Assembly (NCBI RefSeq): GCF_041956535.1
Contig: NW_027192200.1
Location: forward strand, 116,536-152,504
From: Calcarisporiella thermophila CBS 279.70
Lineage: Eukaryota > Fungi > Calcarisporiellomycota
Reading direction: 5' to 3'
Length of the DNA stretch: 35,969 nucleotides
Position 1 is the first letter of the stretch; every line of letters begins with the position of its first letter. This document shows, one piece after another, positions 15,729-27,791 of the stretch. The notes beneath the pieces are model-generated. The model did no database searches, was not told the DNA's origin, and saw nothing but the letters and a program-made list of their open reading frames with translations. The translations under genes were made by a program, and so were the position numbers.

Positions 15729-17537
15729 ATGAGAACAGTGCTCATCCCTAAGACGGGCCAACGCGTCTCTCGCATTGGTTTTGGAGGTTACAGGGTGCGG
15801 GTAGGCAACCCAACCCATGAGCAAGCATTGGGCGATGCATTAAAATCAGGTGTCAATGTGATTGACACTAGTGCCCATTTTGAGCAAGGTTCTATTTACT
15901 CTGCGAGTTCATGGAGCGAACATTGGTTAATTTTTACTTGTTCCTTCCTAGGATTATCCGAGAAGCTTATAGGAAAAGTGCTGAAAGAGAGCTTTGCAAA
16001 GGATAACATTAAGAGAGAGGTAATTTTCTAATTTCAAATAGATCTAACAATACGCCATTGCTTACATTCCCCTGTTATCATAAGAATCTCTTTCTCATCT
16101 CAAAGGCGGGATATCTAGAGTTCACCCGTAGTCACCAGTACTCTCATCCCGCTACAGTACGTGTGTCTGATAAATGGCACTTTTCTCTATCTCCGTACTT
16201 TCTAGAGAGCGAGATAAATAGCTCTCTAGAGCGACTTGGAGTAAAGAAGTTGGATATATTCATGGTGAACAACCCTGAGAGAATGTTGGTTGCCAAGGAT
16301 AAGGTCTGAAAGCATGCTTATTCACCTTTAGAATTCCCTGAATGAATCATCATCGACTATTTATCCTAGGTCTATTTGCCCTCACAGCTCTACAAAGATC
16401 TCGGAGCAGCTTTCAAATTTTTAGATAGCGAAGTTAAACGTGGCAGAATCGGGGGCTATGGGATTTGCTCCAACACTTTCGCCCTCCCTCCCACTTCACA
16501 TAATCACATCGATCTTCCGACAATTCTATCTTCCCTCGACAACCCGGATAATTTCCATGCTGTCCAAGGCCCTTACAATCTTTTTGAAAGAGATTTGGCA
16601 CAGCCAGAGGTGATAGCAATGCTTAAAAGGCACAATGTGTTTGTGATGGCCAATCGCCCCCTCAATGCGATTGCTGAAGGGAAAGTGAAAGTTCTCAGAA
16701 ACAAAAAGGATCTTGTAGATGACCGTAAGATTGCCCTAACCATTGTTCCCCGAGGTTATATTTGTATTGATATTTTATTTCTTAGCCCACCCCGTTATGA
16801 GCAATATCTCGAAAGGATTTGAAGACCTTGCCGTTTTAGAAAATGATATTTTGGATTCAGGTAGCCTTTTCTTACAACAATGCCATGCATGCTGTCTTTA
16901 AAATAATTAATATGTATTTATATCGTAGATCTCCCCCTTCCAACAAATAAATTTTTCTGGTCCCAGATCCTCTCTGAGAATTTTGCTCGCCTTTCCCAAA
17001 ATCATGCTGCCGCCCAGTTTTATATCACCCACAAGGTGCTTCCAGCCATTGAAAATGATCTTGGAGAAATCCGACAGGCCGCTGAGAATCTGGAAGCTGA
17101 TGAAGAAGGAAAAGCGCACGTATTAGAGTGGGCAAATCGATACAAAAAGGTAATAAATAATAAGTTGGATCACTGATGTCCTCGTTGATTAACCACATCC
17201 GCTATAATAGGCTTCGACGCATCTACTGGATAATATTATCCACTACGCAGAACTTGACGCGCTACAATCTAATCAACACCTAGATAATGTCCTTCGCGCG
17301 TTGTGCCCTACTCTCAGCCACTTTACACGAAGTGTCCCTACCATAGCCAAACCTAATATCCATTCACCTCTCTCCGTCTCTGCTCTGAGGATATCACTCT
17401 CAACTCCTGGCATTGATTGCGTCTTAACTGGCATGCGCTCACCCGAATACGTAAGGGATGCGCTCTTAGCCGCAGAGGCTCAAGAAATATCCAATGCGGA
17501 CCTTGCGAGAATATTCGAGTGCCCGCTCTTGGAATAA
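15729..17537 (+). CDS. Aldo-keto reductase (NADP-dependent oxidoreductase) fold protein, multi-exon, possibly catalytically degenerate
   Basis: Motifs: VSRIGFGGYRV, GVNVIDTSAHF, SEKLIG, ISKAGY, SSLERLGVKKLDIFMVNNPE, GRIGGYGICSN, VQGPYNLFE, MANRPLNA and PGIDCVLTGMRSPEYVRD. Confidence 0.88.
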
Positions 17538-19064
17538 ATATTTCGCATCAAGTGAAAATTCTTTTTTGATAAATATAAAAGCTTCCGTTCGGGGTTTGAG
17601 CGAAATCTGCTTCATATTGCTGGCTACTGTTCACCTTTCTGATAAATTAAGGGAGAACATGCTGAAATATTGCCGGCTATTATTGCTTCATTTCATTAGT
17701 TTTTTTCGGAATACCTCTATCTACAGAATTGGAAAAATATTAAGGAAAGCCACGTAGCCATGTTTTTGATAAAAGGGTAATAGTTCGCATGTGGCATTTG
17801 TGGGTTCCAGTGCTAGCAAATCGGTTAAAGTGTCTGTCAACGAATTCTTTAATTTCTGATTGCCAAGATTAAATTTTCTTCGCGAGGTTTACGGCCAAAT
17901 TGAGTGTAACAAGAGGAAATACAAGCTTATTTAATCGGCTTGAACCACTAATGTCATTCGGTGGGCCATTTTATTGTTCCGGAGTGTCGGCTATTTTTCC
18001 CCTTGCTACCCTCAGACTATCACTAGCTGCTTCTTTGTGATGTCCAGCATGTGTCCCCAATATTCTTGCCACTCACCGTGTCAATGATGTTTCTAAAGCT
18101 GTTAAACATTATTCGGCCCCAGCTTAGATAGCCACCGTCTGCATAAAATGATTTACGTAAAATTGTATTTCTATCGTTTCGGTTTTAACTATATGAATCG
18201 TGGTTTCCAACCACTTTCACTCCAAAGAACTATGTAAGCGCGGCGCTGCAGCAGTCAGCGGCATTATTTCATTCGCTGAGGATTTGGACTATTTGAGTCG
18301 ATAAGATTATTTTCAAAAAGGAGATAAAAGACATCAGACACTCGTTATAAGGCTCTCCAAAGTGAATGGAGTGGCCATAGCTTCTGATCACATAGATGGC
18401 ATCACTTATTCCAAAGGAGAATGATTAAGACATTTTTCATGGGTACGTGATCTTCCACTCATTTAATCGATCCCACGGTTTCCCAGATCTTTTGCTGTTG
18501 TGTACCCCTCCCGACAACGTGGCCTCCTTGAAAGGAAACGAAAACCAGCAAAACATTCACCTCTGGACCTTCATCTATATTTTATCTCCTACGCCTAGAT
18601 GATCTTAGCCGAAAAGGGTGCAAGGGCAATTTTGCCGCAAGGGTCATTGGGAATTGCATATAGACATGTTCTCTCTATGGATGAACGGCCTCGGTGGTTT
18701 CATCCTTATCCCATTGCCCCGTGACACTGCGAGCCGTTGATGAACCGGTGAAAAAGATCCGAGTTTCAATTATATTATTGTATTTTATATTTTGATATGG
18801 TACAAAGTTGGCACGGGAAAAAAAATTAGGAATTATCGAACCCCTTGGCCTATACAACTACAGATGAATATGAAAAAGTATGAAGCAACACGGATGGAGT
18901 GAAGCGGAAGTAAGGGGGGAATGAAGAGAGGACATGGTGCGGGAATACAGTAATAAAGACAAGGATTAATAATACAACGAAAAATGGATGAATTCATGTT
19001 GGACTAGAGAAATGAACAGGTGAAGATATTTTTGATCTCGGTCTCATTCAGATATAGAAAACTG

Positions 19065-20657
19065 CTAGAGACACAAGATGCGCGACCATCGGATACGTCG
19101 GAAAAAGGCTACCCACTCCCATACCAGTGACATTCTAAAGAAGGTGACAAAGCCTCCTATTCCTACTAGTGAGATGAAAAGCTCTGCCAAAAGCAACAGT
19201 GGAAAAGGCGGCACCCGGTAGTTAGACAGCCTATCTACACACACATTTTGGCTATTTCCTTCTCGGAAACAATTAATCATGGCCTTCATGAGGGCGGCAT
19301 CCGAAAGAGCATCATTGATGCGCCACTGTTGTGTAAACTGGTACGAAAAGTGAAATATGAAAACAAAAATGGTCATGAACGCAATGGACATCGCGCGCCA
19401 CTGCATTCGAAAAGAGCTGTAAAGATAGTGGAAAAAGTACTTGATCACCGAGGTTTGTTCTTCGCCCCCCGACAACGCTCGTTCTCTTGAACTTGATAGG
19501 GTCTTTGAATCCCGCAAAGACACCTGCCCGTGAAACAAGCAAATATACCGTCAACATCCTCTTAGCTAAACACGAATAGAGCCAAATCACATTACCTTGA
19601 TGATGTGGAAAAACGTTAAGAAATGAAGAAAGAAGATGGGAAATGAAATGAGTGCCGTAGGGAGATAGAAAAGGAGATTGGCGACGTCTGCAGCCACAAA
19701 GCAGTGAACTGGAAACCAAAACTCCACCTTGTGTAGTGCGAGTGTAATCGTAGTGATGAGAGCCGGAATTCCCCAACAAATAATATAGAGCACTGGGTAA
19801 TAAAACCGCAGGACGTCCGAGCTGTATTTGACGTTGAGAAAGAGATTGACAATGATGGCCCTATGAAAACCATACCGATTTGTCAGTACTTATACATATA
19901 ATTCGGATCAACTGGAAACGGCTGTCATTGTTAGTTACCCAACCCACAATATTGTCGACATGGTACCGAAAATAAAAAGGGCGCCTATCGTGGGCAATGA
20001 GAGCAAGTTCAGCAACCCATTTCCAACTAATGGAATGGAATTGAACTCATAGATTACCTTCGACTCCGCATATCGTACTGTTGTCTTGAGTAGCTGGTAG
20101 AACTGGCCCAGCACATTTTAAGCGACTCTCATCTCCAATGCTAAAAAAAGAAGTTCCGCACATAACGGTTACAGATAATGCGGCGTAAAGTATGAATATA
20201 AAAGGATGGGTGCGTTTTTCGGGTAAGAAATAGGAGAGAGCAAGCAAAAAAATCAGGAGGGCGGAAGTGATTCTTATTACAAGCACAGCGGTGGCACCCT
20301 TGGTGGCTAGGCCCTCGTGATAGAGGAAATTGCCCTGGGGGCATGGAATACAGCAGCCGGCATCACAGTAAAGTGCACTGACGGTGCTATTACTCTCCAG
20401 CCCCGGGTCTTCAATTAGTGGGTAGGGACAGTTTAACGAAACAGCTCGCACTAAGTAACAAAAGGAATATAAGAAAAAAAAAATCAGAATAAATCGTGAC
20501 GATGGGACATAGAACATGATAGTAAGGTACCTTCCAAGGAACTGTATATATTCAGAGTCTGTGTTTCACTGTGGATAGAATGTGGAGGGAGGGCTACCGC
20601 AGCAATGGAGGGGAATCCCAGAAAAAACAGGGAAAGCAAATGCATGAGCCTTCTCAT
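19065..20657 (-). CDS. Frizzled/Smoothened-like 7TM receptor without a full CRD
   Basis: Signal peptide (MRRLMHLLSLFFLGFPSIAAVA), Cys-rich linker CPYPL..C..GCCIPCP, LSYFLPEKRTHP, C..G.LF in ECL1/TM3, ICWGIP..HCFV, a Cys pair in ECL3 and a post-TM7 SLVWEW. Five exons with GT-AG introns. Confidence 0.75.
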
Positions 20658-21050
20658 TAGCTCATGAGATTTCAGAACGTAAGGATTCAAGAAGAGATGG
20701 CTGGCGGGGGAGGGCGGAAGAGAACGAAAGGGAAAATGGAAGGGACTGGATAGGAAGCGGCAGGAATAATATATTAAATAATCACAATTGTGAGGAAGTG
20801 GCAAAACAACAAAGCCGTTTCGACCTGTCTAATCTCATGTGCATTTTTTTGTTCGAGACAGGATCCATTCTAGGCAGGCGGAGTGAGTGAACCAAGTTTT
20901 TATTTAATTCCTCGCTTTGATGAAGATCTTATCAAATAAAATTCTAACACCACGGATATGACGGTTTTGTTGATGACGCATTCACGTTTCGTAATGAGAC
21001 TGGCTTTTTGATTTTGGACTAAACCGTCTTTATGTTCCGGAGCCTACACA

Positions 21051-22879
21051 ATGCGCTTCCAGCAGTATATTGCCGAGTTCAGTGACGCCGTAGCCGAGGA
21101 GAACGAGTATGATCTGGCACGGTTATTACAACTTAATCCACGGCTGCAGCCCGATGTAATGCCTCCGGTAATTTACATGCTTCATTTTCGCTATAATGCT
21201 ACTGTGCCATATCAAACCCCTTTGATCATAAAAGAAAAATGTAGTAATAAAAGAATGTCGAGCACGCGTCCCTTCGCCATGGGATGAGGTAGTCTACCAT
21301 CATTTGGAGGTCCTGCCCGCCCTGGATAGAGGCAACTTCATTGACGCGTACGCTGAACAATCGCAGGTGGTTCAGTAGGATTTTTTTGACACAGTTCTCT
21401 CTTAACCTATATGTGGAACTGATCTTGATGCATCGTCTATCGGGGCCTTAGACATTTCCTAAGAGTACTAGTTAATCTCTCGCGGAACTCTCTGCAAGCT
21501 CTCTATTCCGTCTGTCTAGATTTACAGCAGCTGGCTATTAAGGTATTCACACTGTTCCAGATCGCCAAAAATTTAATCTCATGCTGGCTATTTTCAACGC
21601 TATAGGCTGACGAGGTGTTGGTGAGCAATGGAAAGTCAGCCGCAAAACTCGAAGATGCTGCCCGTTATATTAACAAGGCTTTCACCGCGTGCATTACGGA
21701 TAGGTAATAATGGATGGCAGAATTGTTTGAGAGCCTAGCTAACATCATGCTCACTCAATAATAGAGCCAATTCATTACCTGTTTCTCGTAAATGGGGCAC
21801 ATACCGAATTATCAATATATTATTCAACATCTATTTTAAAGTACGTATTTTTTTGCGCTTCACACACATAAATACTTGAAACTCTCTCGAACTCTTTCTC
21901 TAGCTCAAGTCCACTAATCTCTGCAAAAACGTACTGCGAGCAGTTCGAGTATCTCATTTACCACCCCTCTCGGAATTCCCCAAATCCCACCAAGTTACCT
22001 ACAAATACTATCTCGGCATCCTTCATTTTTACAACGAAGAATATGATAAGGTCTGTCATGAGATATTCCAATAACCCTGTCTATCCACCTTTCTTTCTCA
22101 ATGACGATGGGCGAGTTTTTTATTGACGAGTCTTTTATTTCTCTTAGGCGGAGGAGAATCTCATGTATTCTTTCTTGTATTGCCACAAAAAATACCGAAA
22201 TAACAAAGAGTAGGCTCTTCCTCTTTCTCCTCTTTTGTCATTTTGTCTTTTACAGCTTCATTTTTCTTGCTTTCCCTTTTAAAGACTAATTCTTCACTAT
22301 CTCATCCCTGTTCTCCTCTTGCGCGGCGTTCTTCCCACCTCCCACCTTCTCAACTCCTATCCCAACCTCGCAAATATCTACACGCCTTTTCTTGCCGCAA
22401 TCCGCACAGGCAATGTGAAGGCATTCGATGACGCACTCTACCGTGCAGAACGTCCGCTTGTACAGCGTGGAACCTACTTGACTGTAGAAAGGGCCCGATC
22501 GGTTGTGATTCGGACACTATTTAAAAAGGTCTTTAACATTATGGGACGAGAACATAAGCTGCCGCTTTCCTACTTTCGTAATGCGCTGGAGTGTGTAGGG
22601 ATGAAAACAGAAATGCCCGAGGTGGAATGTATGCTGGCGAACATGATCTATAAGGTAAGCATTGGATTCACACTGTCTCTCCTCTCTCATCTCGAATCTC
22701 GATTAAACCGCTTCTGGCAATGCATCACCCCACCCTCTGTCCTCACCCTTTAGGGCTACATCCGCGGGTATCTTTCGCATGAAGCAAGCTTCATGGTCCT
22801 AAGCCAAAAAAATCCATTTCCCTCCTTTGAGAGTCTGAATGCTGCCGCTGCATCCACACCTGCCGCTGCTTCCAATTGA
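21051..22879 (+). CDS. CSN12: PCI-domain protein Csn12/PCID2 (COP9/TREX-2-related)
   Basis: Spliced motifs: KLEDAARYINKAFTACITDR, SRKWGTY, LFNIYFKLKSTNLCKNVLRA, PKSHQVTYKYYLG, AIRTGNVKAFD and EVECMLANMIYKGYIRGYLSHE..VLSQKNPFP. TGA is at 22877-22879. Confidence 0.92.
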
Positions 22880-23300
22880 ATTGGCGCCCTGTCACCTAGA
22901 ACTGGACAAACCGGAAAAGTCTGTTTAGCATAGTCTGCAGGACATGCTTGAAAAGAAACATCCATTTTTGGCAATAAACTTGCTGGCTCCCATATGGGAG
23001 AGGTAAATTAGAAAGCGGAAACCATTATATCTAGGTGTAAAAATAATCAAAATAACAAGAAGTACATATATATAAAAAAAAAAATAAAATAAAAAGTAGT
23101 GGCCATCCGTTCACATGCTTACATCAGATTAAATGGAATAACAAAGGGGGAAACTCCAGGAATATATGACAATACAGTCACAATAAAACAAAAAAATGAC
23201 CAGACACCAAACAAGCCCCAATATAAAGATAAAAGACTGAATAGAACCCCTCTCAAAACGTAACTCAACCTATGGCAGTCAGCATTCATTACGCTCTAAG

Positions 23301-26300
23301 TTACCACTGCTTCCCAAAGGACTGTCCAAACATTCCCTGCTGCTGGCTGGGCATTGCGCCCATGGGCTGTTGCTGCTGAGGGAAGGCTCCTTGGGTGGGG
23401 AATACTTGGCCACCGAAATTCTGCTGAAGCACCCCATTCACGCCCTGAGGGACGTAGCCACCCATCATTGGCTGCTGGCCGAATCCTGTGGCAGGCGATG
23501 AGGCTAGCGAGTGAAGGAATGAGAAAAAAAAGGGCCAGGAGGCAACTCAATGCACTTACCAGCTTGCGGGGAGTTGAAAACACTAGGACTGGATGGGTTC
23601 ACCTGGCGGAATACAGCGTATCGATCTATTTAGGAATTTAAAAGTTAGCTTGGATATGCTTCAAAGTACATTAGAATCAATAAGAACCATTTGTTTGGTG
23701 CGTAGCAAATCCTTGGCCACCCACACTCATACCAGGACCACCCCCCAGAGGGCCGGTACCAATCATGCTCTGGAATACGTTCTTCGGTTGTAATTGTGGA
23801 GCCATCCCGCCTACACCAGAGACGCTGCCTCCAGTTGTGGAGGGGAAAAGGGACGCGTTGGATATGGCTGGGGAAGCTCCGTACATTCCAACCATAGGCG
23901 ATCCGAAGCCTTGTCCCACACTACTAAACCCACTCCCTCCACTCATTTGAGGCTGAAGGGGTGTTGCCATCGCACCTTGGGTTGGAGCCATAGTGCTCTG
24001 CTGGTTATTGAATGGTGAGGCGGATGGAGTGGTATTCCAATTAGGTGGAATAGTTTGCCGACTAGGCACAGGCGGGGGCAAACGTGTTGCGCCTGCTCCT
24101 CCCATTGCCCCATTGCCAATCGGGCCCTGAGATAAGAGTGCACCGTTATTGTTTAGAGAAGTAAGGGGTTGTTGTTGTGTGGGCTTCCACAAAGGCTGCG
24201 AGGAGTTCATTGGCATTTGCTGTTTTGGTTGGGTGGGCGCGTAGGTTGGTACGAAAGTGTTAGGATTCGGTGAAGACGCTGGAATTAGCGGTGGAGGGAG
24301 AACGTTAGCAAGAGGAACTGTGCGAGGGGGCGGTGGTGGTGGTACAGGACGTTGTGTGGTTGTTTGAGGGAGCATGGGTTGCTGCATTGGCTGCGATGCT
24401 ATATTTTGAGGATTTGGAGCAACAAACTGCTGCACTTGTTGTTGGGGTGACGCGAATTGCTGCACGGGCGAAAAGGCAAGCGACTGGGGTTGTTGCTGCG
24501 AATGTAACCCATTTTGCTGTGGGAGGTGCGTCTGGGTCATGGTCGCAGGAGTATTGGCCGTAGTAGTAGTGCTGCCAGAGGGAGCCCAGGCAGGTCCGCC
24601 GAAGTTCTGTGTAATATTACTAGTAGGTTGTGCGCGGAATTGTGGCACGGGGCGCTCCCTCGGAGGAGCAGGAGGAGGGGGAGGCTTGTTTGCCGCTAGA
24701 ATATTAGAGCCGGTAGGCTTCAACTTGATACCAAATGCGTTCGCAGCCTGGCTCGGAGTGGCCGTAGAGCTGGGCAAAGGAATGGATGGTTGAGGAACGG
24801 TGGGTTGTAATTTGGGAACCAGTGGAGCAGCCAGAGATGGAGAAGTGGTGTCAGTGGATTTGGGAGTGGTTTGGGTTCGAGGCGTCCATGCATCATCGTC
24901 AAACTGATTGCTGATGGGATTTGCACTGGAGGATGAGGCGAGAGGAGGGGTTTTGGTTGGGGTGAGATGTTCTCTTGCTTTTGTGATTGCATTGAAATCG
25001 ATGTTGGCGGGCGCCGAGTTCGAAGGGGAAGGGCGTGATGCTTGAAACCAAATCAATAATTATAAACGCATACCGAATCTCGAGCGGTAAAGACTTACTT
25101 TTCCTAGATGTTGCCGAACTCTTTTTGAAGATATTCGGTGCCTGAGTCACGGAAGACGTGGTGCCAGCTTGGGAATTCTCCTCTTCTTGGAGGCGACGTG
25201 CTAACTCCTCATCGCGCTGAATTTGGAGGTCAGTTTCCGACTCTGTAGTCTATTAAAAAAAAAAAGGAACAAGAACCACATCATCATCAGAAAAAAATGA
25301 TACTTGCTTCGTTTGCAATTCCTTACCTCAACACCATCCTCATCTACGATACTTGCTCCTCCGAAGCTAACGCTCTTTCTAGGTTTGGTTGAGGCCGACT
25401 TTTCACCTCCACCCTTCTCATTCTCAATATATCTCTGTACACGAACAATATCGCCCTCCTTTAATCCCAATACTTTCATGATGTCGTGATCCAAAGTCGA
25501 GAAGCAACTATCATCCAACTTTTCTGCGGTGAATGCGGTTGAATAATGTAAAGCATCGTCCATTGAACACCCCGCCTTAAGGAAGAAGTCAAACCAATCG
25601 ACCTCCTTCCCCGCAGGTTTAGGAGGCTTTGGTTTAGAAAGCGCGGACTTTAGAGGACTTTTCTGAGCTGCCGAAGCTGCGCGGGAAGCCACAAGCTGCG
25701 CTAGAGGGGTATCATCTGTTCTATCCTCACCAGGTTTTTGCGCAATCTTGCGCTGGATATATTCGATATCCTCGGGGCACATTTTCTCAATGGCAACAGC
25801 AATTTTCACCCCATTAACCTTGTGCAGATGGATTTTGCCTTCATGATAGCCTAAGAATTCTGCATCCACGGTGAATGTTCCACTTCGATCAGTCCATGTT
25901 CGTACGTTATCCGGATTGGGCTCTAGATTATGAATTAGAGTTAGTAAATATTGATTTTCAACTAAACAATCATATTCAAAATCATATGTTGATACTTACT
26001 CGATAACTCAGATTTCACGGCTTTTGATAGTTAATAATACCAAAATAAATAGGAAAAGTTAGAATCGGTAGTTAATGATTGTGGCTATGAAAATAATAAT
26101 ACCTGGAGGTGGTGTGGAGTGTCTCGCGACAGGGGTTGGTTTGGAAGGCACAACAGTTGATGGGGGTGGAGGGGGAGGTGGCGGAGGGGGTGGCGGCGGG
26201 ATTACAGCACGGCCGGAGGCAGGTGCACGAGCTTAAATTTAAACCATCGATCATCAGGGCTCAAGATAATAAATGGGAGGTCATTAAAATAACAAGAATT

Positions 26301-27791
26301 ACCTGAGGCCTTGTTTTTCTGTTCTTCGGCCTCTCTTCTTCTATTTTCCTCCTCTTCTTGCATTCGTCGTTGTTCTTCCTCTTCCTGTCGCTGTCGTTGT
26401 ATATCAGCAGAATCTTCTTGCGGTGGTTCGCCCAACTGCAGATAGGTTGCAGGTACAACACCTTCGTATCCATCCTCTGTTCTGCATTTCCACCATTCAT
26501 CACTGCTATAATCATCAATAATCCAAACTAGCTGATACTCATGTACCGTAAGCTCATCTTCATTCTGAGCCTCAAAATCATAGAGAGCGTGAGCAAGCTT
26601 AGGTTCCGGCTCCTGTTGTTGCTCCTGTTGTTGCTTCTGCTGTTGCTCTTGTTCTCGCTGCCTCTCTAACTCAAGTTGACGTTGCTGTTCGAGCTTTGCC
26701 TCTTCTTGTCTTCGCAAACGTTCCTCCTCCTCTTGTTGCCGAAGGCGCTCCTCTTCCTCTTGCTGTCGAAGCCTTTCTTCTTCCTCTTGTTGTCGTAACC
26801 GCTCTTCCTCTGCTTCTTGTTCCCTTGCGGCCGCATCATCTTGCGTTGGCTCACCCAGCTGAATATATGATGCTGGTACCACACCCTCATACCCTTCTTC
26901 TGTTCGGCATTTCCACCACTCTTCACTCGAATAATCATCAATTACCCATAATATCTGCCATTCTCTAACCGATAATTCGTCCTCATTTTGCCCTTCGAAA
27001 GCATAAAGCGCGTGAGCGAGCTTTAATTCCGATTCAGGAGCCTCCTGTGTGAAGGGATGATCCTCGGCGGATTGCTGCTCCTCTGTAGGAGCCTCTTCAT
27101 CAATCTGCAGATAAGTTGCAGGAATTAAGCCCTCCTGTCCATCTTCCGCTCGACATCTCCACCACTCCTCGCTGCTCGACCAATCCAAAATCCATACAAT
27201 TTGATTCTCACGAACAGTTAACTCATCTTCCGTTTGTGCATCAAAATCGTATACTGCGTGTGCTAATTTTGCCTCCTCTACTTCTTGATGCCCTTCAGCA
27301 TCATTTGAATTATGTATATCTATAGTAGGTATCGCAGTCTGATGGCTAACGGGTGCAGAGCCAGCACTATCCCGTGCCTCCTGTAATGCGGAAACAATAG
27401 CTTTAGCATCACTTTTAGAGGATGCAGTAAATTCGAACGAGGCTCCATCAGCCCCACCGATCGAGAGGAGAACGCGCTTTGAATCCGCTGAGAAATTATT
27501 CACATCTTGGATGGGCCATTGTCGCACGGGAGTCTTCAATTTTGTTACATCGGGATAAATCCACATATATAATTAAGTATTTTGTATTAGTTCGATAGAT
27601 TCAATTAAATACCTTGTCTGATTCACTCCCATAAAAGACCATGTTATTGCCAACCCCAAGATTTCCTTTTTTCTTCTTCTTCTTGTCCGCCTCCTGATGA
27701 TCGATTATAATGATGTGAGAAAATTATAACCGGTTCTGGGATGAAATCTTGGTAAACTCACCGTTACGGACCAGAATTTCATCGCAGCCAT
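23301..27791 (-). CDS. SLA1: Sla1-like actin/endocytic adaptor: PH-like, 3x SH3, poly-Pro, SHD1, SHD2/SAM-like, Pro/Gln-rich tail
   Basis: SHD1 signature KPNPDNVRTWTDRSGTFTVDAEFLG..GKIHLHKVNGVKIAV, SHD2 DWFDFFLKAG..LGLKEGDIVRV, and three SH3 domains (ALYDF..EDEL..WW..G.VPATY). The start is predicted at MAAMKFWSVT. An upstream splice acceptor at ~27801 makes the 5' end uncertain. Confidence 0.9.
26161..26199 (-). repeat. Poly-proline-coding tract (13 Pro) in SLA1
   Basis: The G-rich run on the plus strand translates on the minus strand as VI-P13-STVVP within exon 26231-26103. Confidence 0.85.
26701..26820 (-). repeat. 27-bp coding tandem repeat (QQEEEERLR, about 4 copies) in SLA1
   Basis: The protein reads EAEEERLR QQEEEERLR QQEEEERLR QQEEEERLR RQEE. 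The nucleotide copies differ mainly at synonymous positions. Confidence 0.9.

Noticed and set aside
14250-17537. Flavonoid or secondary-metabolite biosynthetic cluster
   Set aside because: There is no PKS, NRPS or other backbone enzyme in the window, the CHI-fold gene is of the Aim18 type, and the neighbours are housekeeping genes.
26701-26820. CRISPR-like or mobile repeat array
   Set aside because: It is a spacer-less in-frame coding repeat inside a eukaryotic gene.
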